Sequence record: NC_100327.1
Source of the DNA: a phage
DNA: 64,000 bases
Strand: one strand, 5' to 3'
Shown here piece by piece: positions 24,859 through 35,047 of the stretch. The notes under the pieces were generated by a model that was not told the DNA's origin, ran no database searches, and saw only the letters and a program-made list of their open reading frames with translations. The translations under genes and the position numbers were made by a program. How positions within the stretch are numbered: position 1 is the stretch's first letter; each line of letters begins with the position of its first letter.

Positions 24859-25701
24859 CTAAATCCGATACAGCATCCGGTACATACTTACAGGATGCCG
24901 GAACATGTTTACAATATCTTCCAGCTTTTTAGCCTTCAGCATGTCACGGATATCTTTTACACCGTCAGGATCGTTTACTTCACCAGGGTACTCTACGTGG
25001 TAAACGTTATCAGCCATCAAAAATGCTGCGATATTGTGCGTAGCCTCAACACCTTTAATGACGTGTTTTTGCTTCTCTACCTCGTTAGCTGCATCGTTAT
25101 CCATTGCCAGCACAACTGTTCCATAGCTACGGATAAACTTCTCATTGTTTGCAAAAGTATCTACTGCGTTTGCACATCCGCAGTTAATTCCAACAAAAGG
25201 TAGGCAGGGTTTTCCTGCCAGATCACCACCGTTGATAACTGCATCGATCCCGTCCTGTACCTCTTTAGCCCACTGCTTCACCTTTGCCGGGGCTTTAGCG
25301 TTGGTGAGAATCCCTTTTACTTGTATCTGATATGCAGCCTGCCATGCTGCAATAACATCACCTTCTCCCTCGCAAACGTTAATCTGCTTACGGTTGTTGG
25401 AAGATGCACACAGCTTTTGACCAAACATCTGGGAGTTAGCCTTTACGATGCCAACAACGGAGAAATGGCCCCTTTGCTCTTTAGGAATCGTCCAGTCGCG
25501 CTTTTTGAAACCGGACAGATTTCCGTAGCGGTCGTAATATGGGAAATATGTTGCAGTGACTGTCACACCGTCTTCTTGGGACAATGCTGATCGCACACCA
25601 AAATATTGTGCAGCCATCAGACCGATATTTTGTTGTGGGACAGGGACAATTTTAGTATTTTCTAAAACAGTCTCTACAGTTTCAAACTTCTTTTTCATCA
25701 C
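24859..25701 (-). CDS. DNA primase (TOPRIM domain, T7 gp4 primase-like)
   Basis: TOPRIM motifs NVCEGEGD and VLAMDNDAAN; directly upstream of the helicase; no zinc-binding domain seen. Confidence 0.75.
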   Translation of the reverse strand: MMKKKFETVETVLENTKIVPVPQQNIGLMAAQYFGVRSALSQEDGVTVTATYFPYYDRYGNLSGFKKRDWTIPKEQRGHFSVVGIVKANSQMFGQKLCASSNNRKQINVCEGEGDVIAAWQAAYQIQVKGILTNAKAPAKVKQWAKEVQDGIDAVINGGDLAGKPCLPFVGINCGCANAVDTFANNEKFIRSYGTVVLAMDNDAANEVEKQKHVIKGVEATHNIAAFLMADNVYHVEYPGEVNDPDGVKDIRDMLKAKKLEDIVNMFRHPVSMYRMLYRI

Positions 25702-25790
25702 GATAGTCTCGTTTCACACTTCCCCCACTTTTATACTTAGTTGCTTTCGGGTTTGGCTCACCGAAACGGTTGTATGCAGATGCCATAAAT

Positions 25791-26585
25791 TTACTTCCCA
25801 TTAATTCTGCTCCTTACTACAGGCTCGTTTGCTAAGAATACAGCTTTTGCCCAGCCACGTGGTGTGAGGCTTCGGATCATCTTCGTTCTTGCACTCTTCC
25901 CACCCAGCTTGGCGTGTTGCATGGAATACCCGCTAACCGCGTCAACTATTTGCGGGACAGGTTTTGTGGCCGGGATTATAAATCCATTACCTATCCAGCC
26001 GCAAGTTATTTTTGGATAGGCATCACGTGGAGCTATAAATTCAGGAAACCAGGGGTTTACATCATCCTCCGGTAAATACCCGCCATAGTCAGAAGGATGA
26101 AAACGGTAATCAGGTTTGCGCCACAGTGTGGACATAACACCAACAGGATTCTCTACATGCCACGGGCAATCGTAAATCTCTCCCAGCTCTTCCGCAACCC
26201 GAGCATCCTTTACAGCATTAATTTGGATCAAAGGATCCTTAGCCAGCTTTTTCTTAAAATGTGCAGCACCTGATACCGCTAAATGCGTGCACGGAGGAAA
26301 TGCAAGAATAAAGTCTGGAGCTGGATACATGCAAAAAGTTTCCTGAGGGAACCATGGGTCAATCCAATAATCCACATAGTGAATGTTAGGATGATCGGTT
26401 ATCACCTCTGCATAACTGCCGTGGTCAGCACCTTCTGCATTAAAGCACAGGCACAGGTACCCAGCTTTTGCCCAGTCAATAACTGCACCACCAGACCCGT
26501 CAAATAGACTCCACACAACACCTTTGTGGTAGTGTTCTTTGTAGATGAATTTCAATTTGCTGTCTCCTAATGCAAAAAGCCCCAC
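25791..26585 (-). CDS. DNA cytosine-C5 methyltransferase-like protein (short, non-canonical; start uncertain)
   Basis: Motif I LFDGSGG, motif IV FPPCT (PCQ-like), motif VI HVENPVG; only about 264 aa; an RBS AGGAGA plus TTG at about 26557 is an alternative start. Confidence 0.55.
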   Translation of the reverse strand: MGLFALGDSKLKFIYKEHYHKGVVWSLFDGSGGAVIDWAKAGYLCLCFNAEGADHGSYAEVITDHPNIHYVDYWIDPWFPQETFCMYPAPDFILAFPPCTHLAVSGAAHFKKKLAKDPLIQINAVKDARVAEELGEIYDCPWHVENPVGVMSTLWRKPDYRFHPSDYGGYLPEDDVNPWFPEFIAPRDAYPKITCGWIGNGFIIPATKPVPQIVDAVSGYSMQHAKLGGKSARTKMIRSLTPRGWAKAVFLANEPVVRSRINGK

Positions 26586-27090
26586 CCTTTCGGGCAGGGC
26601 CTAGTGTTAAACCCGGATACCTATTGTTATACTCGGTGGATACCAATGTCAAATCTAAATTTAAAATTTCTTGCATCTCATAATATGCGTCCAGGGTTAG
26701 ATACATTTCCCCATCCTTTTCTACATACTTGTCCAAGTGCTTGAGGCATTTCGGATAACTATCAAGTGCAGCTTTCAGGCACTCAAACTCTGTGCTGTTG
26801 ATGAATCCTTCCATCTTGGCTACCCGTTCTGGGGTAATGATAGCACTGTAGTGAGATTTAGCTTCCTGAATGCAATGGGTCCAAGCATCAACCTTCTCTT
26901 CGAAAAGTCCAAAGAACTTCTTTTTGGTGAGCTTCAGATTCTTTAAGTGCTTAAGCACTCGGTTGCCGATTACAGCCACATCACGAAACTTAAGAATCAC
27001 TTTGTCGATATCCTCGCGACCTATTTTCACAAAACAGGCCTTACACATTTCAGGGGAGGAATAACCAACTTTCCACATAAAATCTGACAT
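26500..27090 (-). CDS. hypothetical protein (196 aa; 3' end overlaps the terminator hairpin)
   Basis: ORF-track ORF; the C-terminal tail looks low-quality, so the true stop may differ. Confidence 0.45.
   Translation of the reverse strand: MSDFMWKVGYSSPEMCKACFVKIGREDIDKVILKFRDVAVIGNRVLKHLKNLKLTKKKFFGLFEEKVDAWTHCIQEAKSHYSAIITPERVAKMEGFINSTEFECLKAALDSYPKCLKHLDKYVEKDGEMYLTLDAYYEMQEILNLDLTLVSTEYNNRYPGLTLGPARKGGAFCIRRQQIEIHLQRTLPQRCCVESI
26570..26602 (-). terminator. Terminator-like hairpin, near-identical copy of 15690-15725
   Basis: Plus-strand gccccaccctttcgggcaggg; U-run then RBS AGGAGA on the minus strand. Confidence 0.4.
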
Positions 27091-27102
27091 ACCACCTTCT
27101 CC

Positions 27103-27498
27103 TTATTCCTTAAAAGCTATGATATCATAGGAACTTGCAGATGATTCTGGTGAAGAATGACTCCAGTCCAGGTCATCAGAATAGTCAGCGTACTGTGCGC
27201 CACTACGCAGTTTGTATTTTACCCACTTACCTGGTGCAGGGTTTTCACCACCTTCCCATACTTCCCAGCCTTCTGGCAGGCCGTCCTGAGCGTAGTCATC
27301 CACCTCACTAATGATCTTAGGGTTTGGCACCAAGATCCCCGCAGGCTCTTCCTTCCGGATAAGTGTCCACACAGCGTATGTGTCTGAGCAGGCGCATGAT
27401 AGCAAAGTATATCCACTATTCAGAACTTCTGCAAGCTCTTTTTCAGCATCTTCCAATTTGGTTAAGTGGTATTGGATAATCTTCACACCTGTAATCAT
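27103..27498 (-). CDS. hypothetical protein (131 aa)
   Basis: ORF-track ORF. Confidence 0.45.
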   Translation of the reverse strand: MITGVKIIQYHLTKLEDAEKELAEVLNSGYTLLSCACSDTYAVWTLIRKEEPAGILVPNPKIISEVDDYAQDGLPEGWEVWEGGENPAPGKWVKYKLRSGAQYADYSDDLDWSHSSPESSASSYDIIAFKE

Positions 27499-27803
27499 CA
27501 GAAACCTCCCACTTCTTCAGCAAATGCAGCTGCTGTCGTCGCTGCATCCAGATAGGACTCTAGTTCACGGGCTGCACGTTTGTAAATTGAGTGGCGCATA
27601 TCGTTTGGCAGTTGGTGGGAGTCCACCTCTTCACCGTTGTGGTAAACATGCACATCGGTGATTTGTCTAAATCCGTAACAGTCAACATCAGAATCCCGGC
27701 ACTCCGGATCTGGCAACTGAACAACTGCCTGAGCTTCCACAGTAAACATATCGTCAAGTTCGAAATCGATTTCAAAAGTGTATGGTTTATAACGTTTCAT
27801 CAT
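27498..27803 (-). CDS. hypothetical protein (101 aa)
   Basis: ORF-track ORF. Confidence 0.45.
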   Translation of the reverse strand: MMKRYKPYTFEIDFELDDMFTVEAQAVVQLPDPECRDSDVDCYGFRQITDVHVYHNGEEVDSHQLPNDMRHSIYKRAARELESYLDAATTAAAFAEEVGGF

Positions 27804-27816
27804 TTGATTGTACTCT

Positions 27817-29142
27817 TTATTGATCAGAATTATCTTTCGTAATTAAGGTCTGGGTAAGTTTGTAATAGCGGAAGCCACCGCCACCTTGCCAGCTTGCAGA
27901 CTTAGAAATACCACCTTGATCTTCACCATCAATCACTTTTTGCAAGCGAGGGATAATATGGGTATGACAATGATCACCCAGTTCGATCAAGATCCAACGT
28001 CTTTTCATCTTGTGGGCTACAGCAGCAGTAGTTCCCGAACCGCCGAATGAATCCAATACCAAATCACCTTCTCGCGTACACATTTCGAGAATCCGCTTCA
28101 AAAGCGCTTCTGGTTTTTTTCCATTTTTGAAACTAACGCCGCCTTCATTTGCTATCCCATTCCAACTAATGTCTGTCCAAACATCAGTTATTAGTTCCGC
28201 AGGTTGCATCTCACCGTCAATTTCCAAAAGCCTGTTGGAGTAAAAGACCATTTGCCTACCATTTGCGATATAAAATCCTTCAACATCCTCATTCGGATGT
28301 ACATAAACCTTATCCCTATCTTTCTTTGACTTCTCGATAGTTTCTTTTCTCTTTATTTTAGCGCCACCACCAATTGCAACAGATTGAAATACACGTTCTG
28401 CATTATCAATTGCGAATTGTGCTAATTCATCATCGAATGTGTCAGGCAGTTTTTTCTTAGCTTCTTTTGCATCTTTATAGCCATTGGCCTTTGCAAACGC
28501 ATCGGCAATACCGCACCACGTCCAATTTTTATAATGGTCATCCGGGTTTAATAGGTATTTGTTATATCCTGTATCATACCCTTTAGTTATATAGATTTTG
28601 TTAAGCGGTTTCTGGTTGCGATCTTTTGCATATACAAGCAAAAAGTTTGCTGTGGAGAAAACTGTGGCTCCTGTTGCCTTAAATCCCGAAGGGGAATTTG
28701 TGGTCATCGATATGGTATTTAACTGATTTGCACGACCAAAAATCTCGTCCATCAAAACTTTTAAATACGCCATTTCGCAACCATCTAAGTGAACGAATAT
28801 TACCCCATCATCACTCAGAAGATTACGAATTATTTCTAACCTATCCCTCATTAAGCCCAGCCAAATGGAATGCTCCAGACTATCATCGTAGTGCTCAAAA
28901 GCCCTTCCGGTATTGAATGGTGGGTCTATGTAAACACACTTCACTTTGCCTGCATACTCTTGCTCTAGCGCCTTCAATGCTAATAAGTTATCTCCAAAAA
29001 TCAGCTTATTATCAAAAATATCGTTTTCGGTAACTTTCTGGCTGTGGTAAGACTTGCTCGAATCTTCTAACAAAGTGTGCGGCTCTAGCTTTTTGCGCTC
29101 GTTTTTACCTATCCAGGTGAGTTCTAATTTGGTTTTGCTCAT
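27817..29142 (-). CDS. DNA methyltransferase, beta-class amino-MTase (probably N6-adenine; type III Mod-like)
   Basis: Motif IV VYIDPPFNTG near the N-terminus and motif I VLDSFGGSGTT near the C-terminus; no restriction partner seen. Confidence 0.8.
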   Translation of the reverse strand: MSKTKLELTWIGKNERKKLEPHTLLEDSSKSYHSQKVTENDIFDNKLIFGDNLLALKALEQEYAGKVKCVYIDPPFNTGRAFEHYDDSLEHSIWLGLMRDRLEIIRNLLSDDGVIFVHLDGCEMAYLKVLMDEIFGRANQLNTISMTTNSPSGFKATGATVFSTANFLLVYAKDRNQKPLNKIYITKGYDTGYNKYLLNPDDHYKNWTWCGIADAFAKANGYKDAKEAKKKLPDTFDDELAQFAIDNAERVFQSVAIGGGAKIKRKETIEKSKKDRDKVYVHPNEDVEGFYIANGRQMVFYSNRLLEIDGEMQPAELITDVWTDISWNGIANEGGVSFKNGKKPEALLKRILEMCTREGDLVLDSFGGSGTTAAVAHKMKRRWILIELGDHCHTHIIPRLQKVIDGEDQGGISKSASWQGGGGFRYYKLTQTLITKDNSDQ

Positions 29143-29203
29143 AGTTTGGTGCTCTCCTTAGTTTTTGTGGGGAGGAGTGCCTCCCCTTTAGACTCACATC
29201 TTA

Positions 29204-29545
29204 CTACTGAAGGTCTTCACAGTCAAGCTCAAAAAGAATCAAACTGTGCATGCCTGCAGAGAGATCGACACACCCTGCAACAATAAGGGTCTGATAGTAA
29301 GGTTCAGCACCCTCGATGTCTTCGTTAAAATCCACAACAAGATAGTCACCTTTGTTAAAGGTGTATTTGTCCGATGTAAACGCAAAACCTGCCCAGTCCC
29401 CTACTGCAGGATCTTTATCAGTCACCTTTGTCAGCAGTAGATCTTTTTCACGAGATCTTTTAGTAAAATCGTGAATCACAACATCCTTCTCTTCAGGAGT
29501 TGGATTGCCACACACGTAGTTAACTATATTTCTCCACAAACTCAT
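29204..29545 (-). CDS. hypothetical protein (113 aa)
   Basis: ORF-track ORF. Confidence 0.45.
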   Translation of the reverse strand: MSLWRNIVNYVCGNPTPEEKDVVIHDFTKRSREKDLLLTKVTDKDPAVGDWAGFAFTSDKYTFNKGDYLVVDFNEDIEGAEPYYQTLIVAGCVDLSAGMHSLILFELDCEDLQ

Positions 29546-30912
29546 ACGTCCCCCTCTTCTGCTCTGGTTTCAAAATCTTTCCTGACAATTTTGTCTAAGT
29601 CAGGAAAGGTTGTATTGTAAAACTCTACTACTCGCGGGTCAACAATAATGTCAACTTCTCTTAGTGGACGCAACAAGTTTATTCCTTGTATTGTCTTAAC
29701 TCGACTCAAAGCAACATACGTCATCCCAGGAGAGAAAGCTCCGTTCTTTCCAAGGTCCAGGTTGTAACAATCTAGCGTAAGTCCTTGACTTTTATGAGAT
29801 GTTACGGCGTACCCAGATTTCAGAGGGAGTTGCTTGTATGATCCAATCACTACCCTCTCTATAAACTTCTCCATCTTCCTTTCTGCAATGTTGTATCTTT
29901 GAGATGGCTTATACTCGTTATTCTCCCACAACCTTTGTTCTATGTCAACCTGTGTTCCATCTTCAAGCTCCACCACCACCGCCTTGTTCTTAAATTTAAC
30001 AATTGTGGCACGTGTTCCGTTAACATAATAAGGTACTTTGTGCGTCGGGTCAACATCGTTGGCGGTTATCATAACTTTCATGCCAATTTTCAACTTCATC
30101 TCCTGCTCAACTGGCAAGGTGGAGGGAAACTTACCCTTCATTTCACCAGTGTATACCTTCTCTGGGGCGTTGATGGCATCATAGAACCTTCTGTTTACTT
30201 CCTCTGCTTGTTTGTTGGTGGCGCAAATTGTGAGAGCATCTGTTGGTACACCACCTTTGTAACAGCGAGCATTAAGTTCTGCTACAACCTCTTTTATGCG
30301 ACGACCCTCACGAACACAGTTGAGCATTGTGGCAAATCGAATAGACTCCTGTCGGAACTGATCTATTAGGGCTATGTTGTGGAGGTCAAGCTCTTTCCAA
30401 GATTCGGTGTAGCAACACAGGTCCGTATGGTAGAAGTTGAAGTAGGCTTCCTTCTCCATAGAAGAGACAACAGGAGGTGCCTGGTAAAAATCGCCAAACA
30501 ATATGACCTGTATGCCTCCGAAAGGTTTGTCATTTTTTCGAAGGAAGCGGAGTTTCCTATCCATCTCTATAAACTTATCAGCACGGATCATAGAGATTTC
30601 ATCGATAATTAGGATGGTAAATGCCTTGCTTTTCAAAGGCTTTGCTGTTTTTGCCCTTATTGCGGTCCAGTCCGACTCCATGCTCACACCTGCTGCAAGA
30701 TCGAATGTTCGGTGTGCTGTTGCTCCATTAACGTTTAAAGCGGCTACCCCTGTCGGGGCAACCGTTATGCAAGAGTCTCCATACATTGACTGGATCATGT
30801 TGATGAGATACGTCTTCCCACAACCTGCAGGTCCTGAAACGAAGACATTCTCACCACTCATGATTGCAATGAGGGCAGCATCTGTGCCTACGTCATACTG
30901 CCCTTTTTCCAT
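29542..30912 (-). CDS. SF1B DNA helicase (Dda/RecD/Pif1-like)
   Basis: Walker A VFVSGPAGCGKTY; Walker B ILIIDEISM; C-terminal YVALSRVK block. Confidence 0.75.
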   Translation of the reverse strand: MEKGQYDVGTDAALIAIMSGENVFVSGPAGCGKTYLINMIQSMYGDSCITVAPTGVAALNVNGATAHRTFDLAAGVSMESDWTAIRAKTAKPLKSKAFTILIIDEISMIRADKFIEMDRKLRFLRKNDKPFGGIQVILFGDFYQAPPVVSSMEKEAYFNFYHTDLCCYTESWKELDLHNIALIDQFRQESIRFATMLNCVREGRRIKEVVAELNARCYKGGVPTDALTICATNKQAEEVNRRFYDAINAPEKVYTGEMKGKFPSTLPVEQEMKLKIGMKVMITANDVDPTHKVPYYVNGTRATIVKFKNKAVVVELEDGTQVDIEQRLWENNEYKPSQRYNIAERKMEKFIERVVIGSYKQLPLKSGYAVTSHKSQGLTLDCYNLDLGKNGAFSPGMTYVALSRVKTIQGINLLRPLREVDIIVDPRVVEFYNTTFPDLDKIVRKDFETRAEEGDV

Positions 30913-32117
30913 TACGCCTCCTCGTAGATAATGTCGATGATGTTACCATCACGGTCAACTACGTATTCAATCGGATCGCCATCTTTGCGTGATTCCGGTG
31001 CTGCTACGATTTCGTAGCGGCATGCACGGCACTTAGCACTGTTGTGTTGGTATGGCACACTAACCACATCCGCAGGGTCAACCATAACCATCATTACAGT
31101 GCCATAGCCCGCTGCATACTCTTTGCTGGCGCAGTGCAGGCCATAAGAACACGCAGCTTCCGGATCATCTTCTACAAAGTTACGAGGCATGGACACAAAA
31201 GCACCCTGGTATTGTGGAACTTTACCGCTGTGCCAATCCACCCACCTGCTCCCGTTAAACTGAACCCCCTTATAGCAAATGATTCGACCATCTTCTGCAA
31301 CCTGGATGTCATTAGCCTGCATGAAATCGTAGAGCATGTTCACAGATTTTGCAGACGGGTTGCGTAGCAGACGGACAAGGAATTTAACATATCGGTCGTC
31401 CAGTGTTCCATCTACATAATCTTCCTCAATTTTCTTTGCAATGGTGGATCGCATCTCTACACCGTAGTAGTAGAGCTTACCATCTTTCATGATCAGGTTG
31501 TCTGCAAGTGTGGTGAACTCATTCTTGCGTTCCAGCCAGACAAGGATTTCACCAATTGCCTCATCATATTCCTGAACAGAAATATGGTCGAAGACTTTCT
31601 GGTAAACTTCCTCACTTTCGCTGCGGCGAATTTCAAAAATGCCTTCGTTGCAGGTGATCTGGAGGAGTTCCCCGCAAATAACTACCAAAGGCTCGATGCT
31701 TCGAGACTGTTGCTGAGACACACTGCTCACCACTTCCAGCACCGGATCTTTGACTTCTACTAAAGGTTCTTCTGACTTGATTGCTACCCCAGTGACCCCC
31801 ACACCGTGAACAACACACAGTGGGTATACCACGCCCCAACGTTTAACGGAACCTTCACCTGAATCTAAGATCATGGCGTACTTACCGTTGTCTTCCAGTC
31901 CGTAGCGGAATAAACGGGCCTCTTCGCGGGTTTCAAAATCCTCACGGGTATAGCAGACACTGTCTCGGTCAGGATCAAACAGCTCTGGGGCACCTACTGC
32001 CAGTGTCCATGTTGTAGTACCTTTCTCAATAGCACATGTGAAACCCTTCTTCTCAAGTTCTGCACGGCGGTCGCGTGCTTCTTTACGAGTTTTGAAATGT
32101 TCGTAGATGAAAATCAT
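30912..32117 (-). CDS. rIIB: rIIB-like protein (assigned by position after rIIA-like gene)
   Basis: 401-aa ORF immediately downstream of, and coupled to, the rIIA-like gene; no motif read independently. Confidence 0.4.
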   Translation of the reverse strand: MIFIYEHFKTRKEARDRRAELEKKGFTCAIEKGTTTWTLAVGAPELFDPDRDSVCYTREDFETREEARLFRYGLEDNGKYAMILDSGEGSVKRWGVVYPLCVVHGVGVTGVAIKSEEPLVEVKDPVLEVVSSVSQQQSRSIEPLVVICGELLQITCNEGIFEIRRSESEEVYQKVFDHISVQEYDEAIGEILVWLERKNEFTTLADNLIMKDGKLYYYGVEMRSTIAKKIEEDYVDGTLDDRYVKFLVRLLRNPSAKSVNMLYDFMQANDIQVAEDGRIICYKGVQFNGSRWVDWHSGKVPQYQGAFVSMPRNFVEDDPEAACSYGLHCASKEYAAGYGTVMMVMVDPADVVSVPYQHNSAKCRACRYEIVAAPESRKDGDPIEYVVDRDGNIIDIIYEEA

Positions 32118-32127
32118 AGCTGTCTCC

Positions 32128-34110
32128 TTATTTGGTGTTATTCTTTGCGTCGATCAGTTCACGGTATTCAATCATAGCAGGAGTGTCCCAATATTTCAAG
32201 CCCACATGCTTCAAAAGTGGATATTTCTTTTCCAATCTTGCAATATAGGCCTTCCCGCACTTGACTCGGTTGGCGATTAAGATTTTGGCACGATGATTTA
32301 GCTCACTGTGCTTCCACGCGGTGTTACCTTCCCACTTGTGGAAATGTGGCCGATAATTTCCAAAATCTTGCATGGGGATAATTTTCCCTAATTGTCTATA
32401 CAGGCTGTCATATGAAGTTTCATTTGCTGCGCGAGTCAGTAAGAATTTCCAGGCGTCCTCTTTCAACAAATGTTCCACATTTTTCTCTGTAACATACTGG
32501 CAATCAGGATCAGTCCAAAGCAGACGAGATTCTGATACCAGGTACAGATCTTCCCCTTCAGGAATCTGGAGTGCCGCACGCACACGGTCATAATTTTGCT
32601 GGTAGATGTTACTTAGCTGTCCCAGCCAACAACTTCCACGTTGGATATCACCCTCATAAGGAATGCAGTGCTTAATCTTCTTGAACTCTGCCTTAGTAAT
32701 ACGCTCACGACGGAAGTAACCATCTTTCTCAAGTTTTTTAACCCAATACCCTGGCTCATAGTGAGTTTTTGTTTCACCTTTCTTTACAGGACGGCGAGGG
32801 AGCTCTGATAACAATTTGACCGTATCTGCAAAGAACGGGTGGTGTGCCGCTTCTTTAAACTCTTCCATCAGATCCGTGTTACGGCAATAGAAAACGTTGC
32901 GTCCGGTGATCTCGCTTAAGTAGTTACACTTATTTCGGTTATATTTGCCGTCTCCGTCGTTAAATACAAGGTATACACCTCGTAAGAACTCCGACTTTCC
33001 GTAACGAGCATAGCCTATGCGGCCTTTATTTAAGCCGCCAGCGAAAATTTCACAATCGCCTAAGTCGCCAAGCCCTGTTTCTTCCCAACGGTTCCACATA
33101 AAGTTTTTGCCGAAGATGTGTCCGAACACTCCACTGTTCTTCATCATCTCACGTGCTTCTGAGGATGTTTTTGCTGTCTCCAATTCCGCAACAACTTCTG
33201 CCCCACGAAGACGTATACCTTCTTTGACAAAGGCCTCCAGGCGATCCTGGAATCCACCATCGTCGTGCCCCTCTATGGTCCATTCGCGCCCAGGGTTAAT
33301 ATTGCAATCCCCGATAGGGATCTCTACACAGATTGCAGGGTAGTCTGTCAATGTTTCCAGAAACTTAGAGCGGTAAGGTTGGTGTCCCATCACCACACGG
33401 CTCTCATCAGAGCTGGTATAACCTTTCAGGATAGTCATTTTCCAACCATCTTTCTCGTAGCGATACTGCGCCTCAACCTTGTCACCTTCCAGCATCTTAC
33501 TGGTCATAGGGTCGGTAACGGTAAACGGAAACTTTGCATAGCGTAGGCATGACGCAATAGCAGTGCGATATTTCAGAACATGCTCTTTCTTAACATGGAA
33601 CTGAACTTTTACCCCGTTGTGCTCTTCAGTCTTTCGCTCGCGGATCTTGGTAACGTTTGGGATACCCTGATCCAAGAACAATAGATATGTGCTTTCAACA
33701 CCATTGTGCACACTGATAACATCGAAAGTGTCCACCATACTGAACGGAGCCTTTGAACCAACACCTTTATTACCTACCAGAGCGTTGCTGTTGCGCTTGG
33801 TTGACTCCCCGAGATTCATGAAAGTGTTGCGGACCATCTCTTCTGACATGCCCAATCCAACGTCCTGCACAAAGAAGTATGGTTCAAGGTCTGTAGGAGA
33901 GTGAATGATGATCGGTACATCACCCCGTCCAGACTCAACATGGGAGTCCACAGCATTGAAGATTGGTTCACGGCAGCTTGCCAGCACCTTATCTTCGTAA
34001 ATCCCTTTAATGATTAGCCCAAAAGTCTCTTTGTTCAGAGAAATTGAGCCCCTGGTGACCTCCATATTTCCGGTTAGTACTGCTTTAGTTTCATTACTGT
34101 TTACAATCAT
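32128..34110 (-). CDS. rIIA: rIIA-like protein with N-terminal GHKL/HATPase domain
   Basis: N box FNAVDSH, G1 box VQDVGLGM, G2 box GNKGVGSKA; 660 aa. Confidence 0.65.
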   Translation of the reverse strand: MIVNSNETKAVLTGNMEVTRGSISLNKETFGLIIKGIYEDKVLASCREPIFNAVDSHVESGRGDVPIIIHSPTDLEPYFFVQDVGLGMSEEMVRNTFMNLGESTKRNSNALVGNKGVGSKAPFSMVDTFDVISVHNGVESTYLLFLDQGIPNVTKIRERKTEEHNGVKVQFHVKKEHVLKYRTAIASCLRYAKFPFTVTDPMTSKMLEGDKVEAQYRYEKDGWKMTILKGYTSSDESRVVMGHQPYRSKFLETLTDYPAICVEIPIGDCNINPGREWTIEGHDDGGFQDRLEAFVKEGIRLRGAEVVAELETAKTSSEAREMMKNSGVFGHIFGKNFMWNRWEETGLGDLGDCEIFAGGLNKGRIGYARYGKSEFLRGVYLVFNDGDGKYNRNKCNYLSEITGRNVFYCRNTDLMEEFKEAAHHPFFADTVKLLSELPRRPVKKGETKTHYEPGYWVKKLEKDGYFRRERITKAEFKKIKHCIPYEGDIQRGSCWLGQLSNIYQQNYDRVRAALQIPEGEDLYLVSESRLLWTDPDCQYVTEKNVEHLLKEDAWKFLLTRAANETSYDSLYRQLGKIIPMQDFGNYRPHFHKWEGNTAWKHSELNHRAKILIANRVKCGKAYIARLEKKYPLLKHVGLKYWDTPAMIEYRELIDAKNNTK

Positions 34111-34607
34111 TTATTGCGCTCCTTGTAGTAGATATGACTCCCGAATTGAGCTGTCCTCTGCATCTTTTTTGCCCATTTCGGTCGTACTTTGGTTGTATGG
34201 TAGTGTGTTGCTCCACCTGTTATGTCCATAGCCATGTATGCAACATGGTTGTTATTATAGACCTTTAGAAGCATCTTTGCAAGACTTTTAGCGTGATCCC
34301 ATGAATCTTTTTCTGTCACCTTAAAAGTTTTGCCGTGGTTTGTCCACGAAAACTGGTTAGGTTGGTAGACAATCTTTCTTATAGTGTCTGGGTATTTGGG
34401 GTGAGATTTCCTGTTTAGTGTGGCAAACCCTGATGCCAGCATACCCATCGTGCCATCCCCTCTAGCCTCCCTGTAGATATTGCATGCCAGAATGTTTTCC
34501 TTAGTATCTGAGGGCTTGCAAGTATGATATACTTTTTGTTTTGGTGCTGCAACAACAGGCAGCGATAAAAGTGCGCTCAAAATAATAGCAAAGATCTTAA
34601 TTTTCAC
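34107..34607 (-). CDS. cell wall hydrolase, SleB family, with N-terminal signal peptide
   Basis: Signal MKIKIFAIILSALLSLPVVAA; NIYREARGD, ATLNRK and VYQPNQFSW blocks; GTG start overlapping the rIIA start region. Confidence 0.7.
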   Translation of the reverse strand: MKIKIFAIILSALLSLPVVAAPKQKVYHTCKPSDTKENILACNIYREARGDGTMGMLASGFATLNRKSHPKYPDTIRKIVYQPNQFSWTNHGKTFKVTEKDSWDHAKSLAKMLLKVYNNNHVAYMAMDITGGATHYHTTKVRPKWAKKMQRTAQFGSHIYYKERNK

Positions 34608-34614
34608 AATGACT

Positions 34615-34645
34615 CCAAATAGAAAATCCCCGCCGAAGCGGGGGA
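34615..34645 (-). terminator. Rho-independent terminator
   Basis: Hairpin ccccgccgaagcggggg followed by ATTTTCTATTT on the minus strand; same hairpin core as 61045-61076. Confidence 0.5.
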
Positions 34646-34656
34646 GGTCTTAGAAA

Positions 34657-35037
34657 TTAATCGTAGTGTGCCAAAATCTCTCCATCGTTGCAAGTTCCCT
34701 CTACAAAGTTATGAAGATTCATGCACTCATCTTGATAGAAGAATTTACCGCTTTTCAGCCGTAGGCCAAACAACTCCGCATCTCCACGATGGCAAGCCTC
34801 TACAAGTTCATAGATTTCATACGGCAACTCTCCGTCGTCATGGAAGAATCCAGCCTTATCGTTGACATAAATGAAGAAATAATCACTGCTATCGCAAGCG
34901 TCCAATATTTTAAACCAGATTTCATCTACATCTTTTTCTCGGATATCGATCACGCAAGTGGAGCTGCATTCGTACTCCTTCTCCGGCTCCTCGGTCAATA
35001 CCACCAGGTAGTTTCCCCGCTTACCTACTTTAGCCAT
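34657..35037 (-). CDS. hypothetical protein; start ATG at 35037 (MAKVGKRGNYLVV...)
   Basis: RBS AAGGGGGG before the ATG; this start avoids overlap with the AAA ATPase gene. Confidence 0.5.
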   Translation of the reverse strand: MAKVGKRGNYLVVLTEEPEKEYECSSTCVIDIREKDVDEIWFKILDACDSSDYFFIYVNDKAGFFHDDGELPYEIYELVEACHRGDAELFGLRLKSGKFFYQDECMNLHNFVEGTCNDGEILAHYD

Positions 35038-35047
35038 ACAACCCCCC

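Noticed and set aside
24859-25790. Zinc-binding domain for the primase, or a separate small ORF upstream of it
   Set aside because: No CxxC pairs in the primase N-terminus or upstream frames; the 38-aa upstream ORF has no recognisable features.
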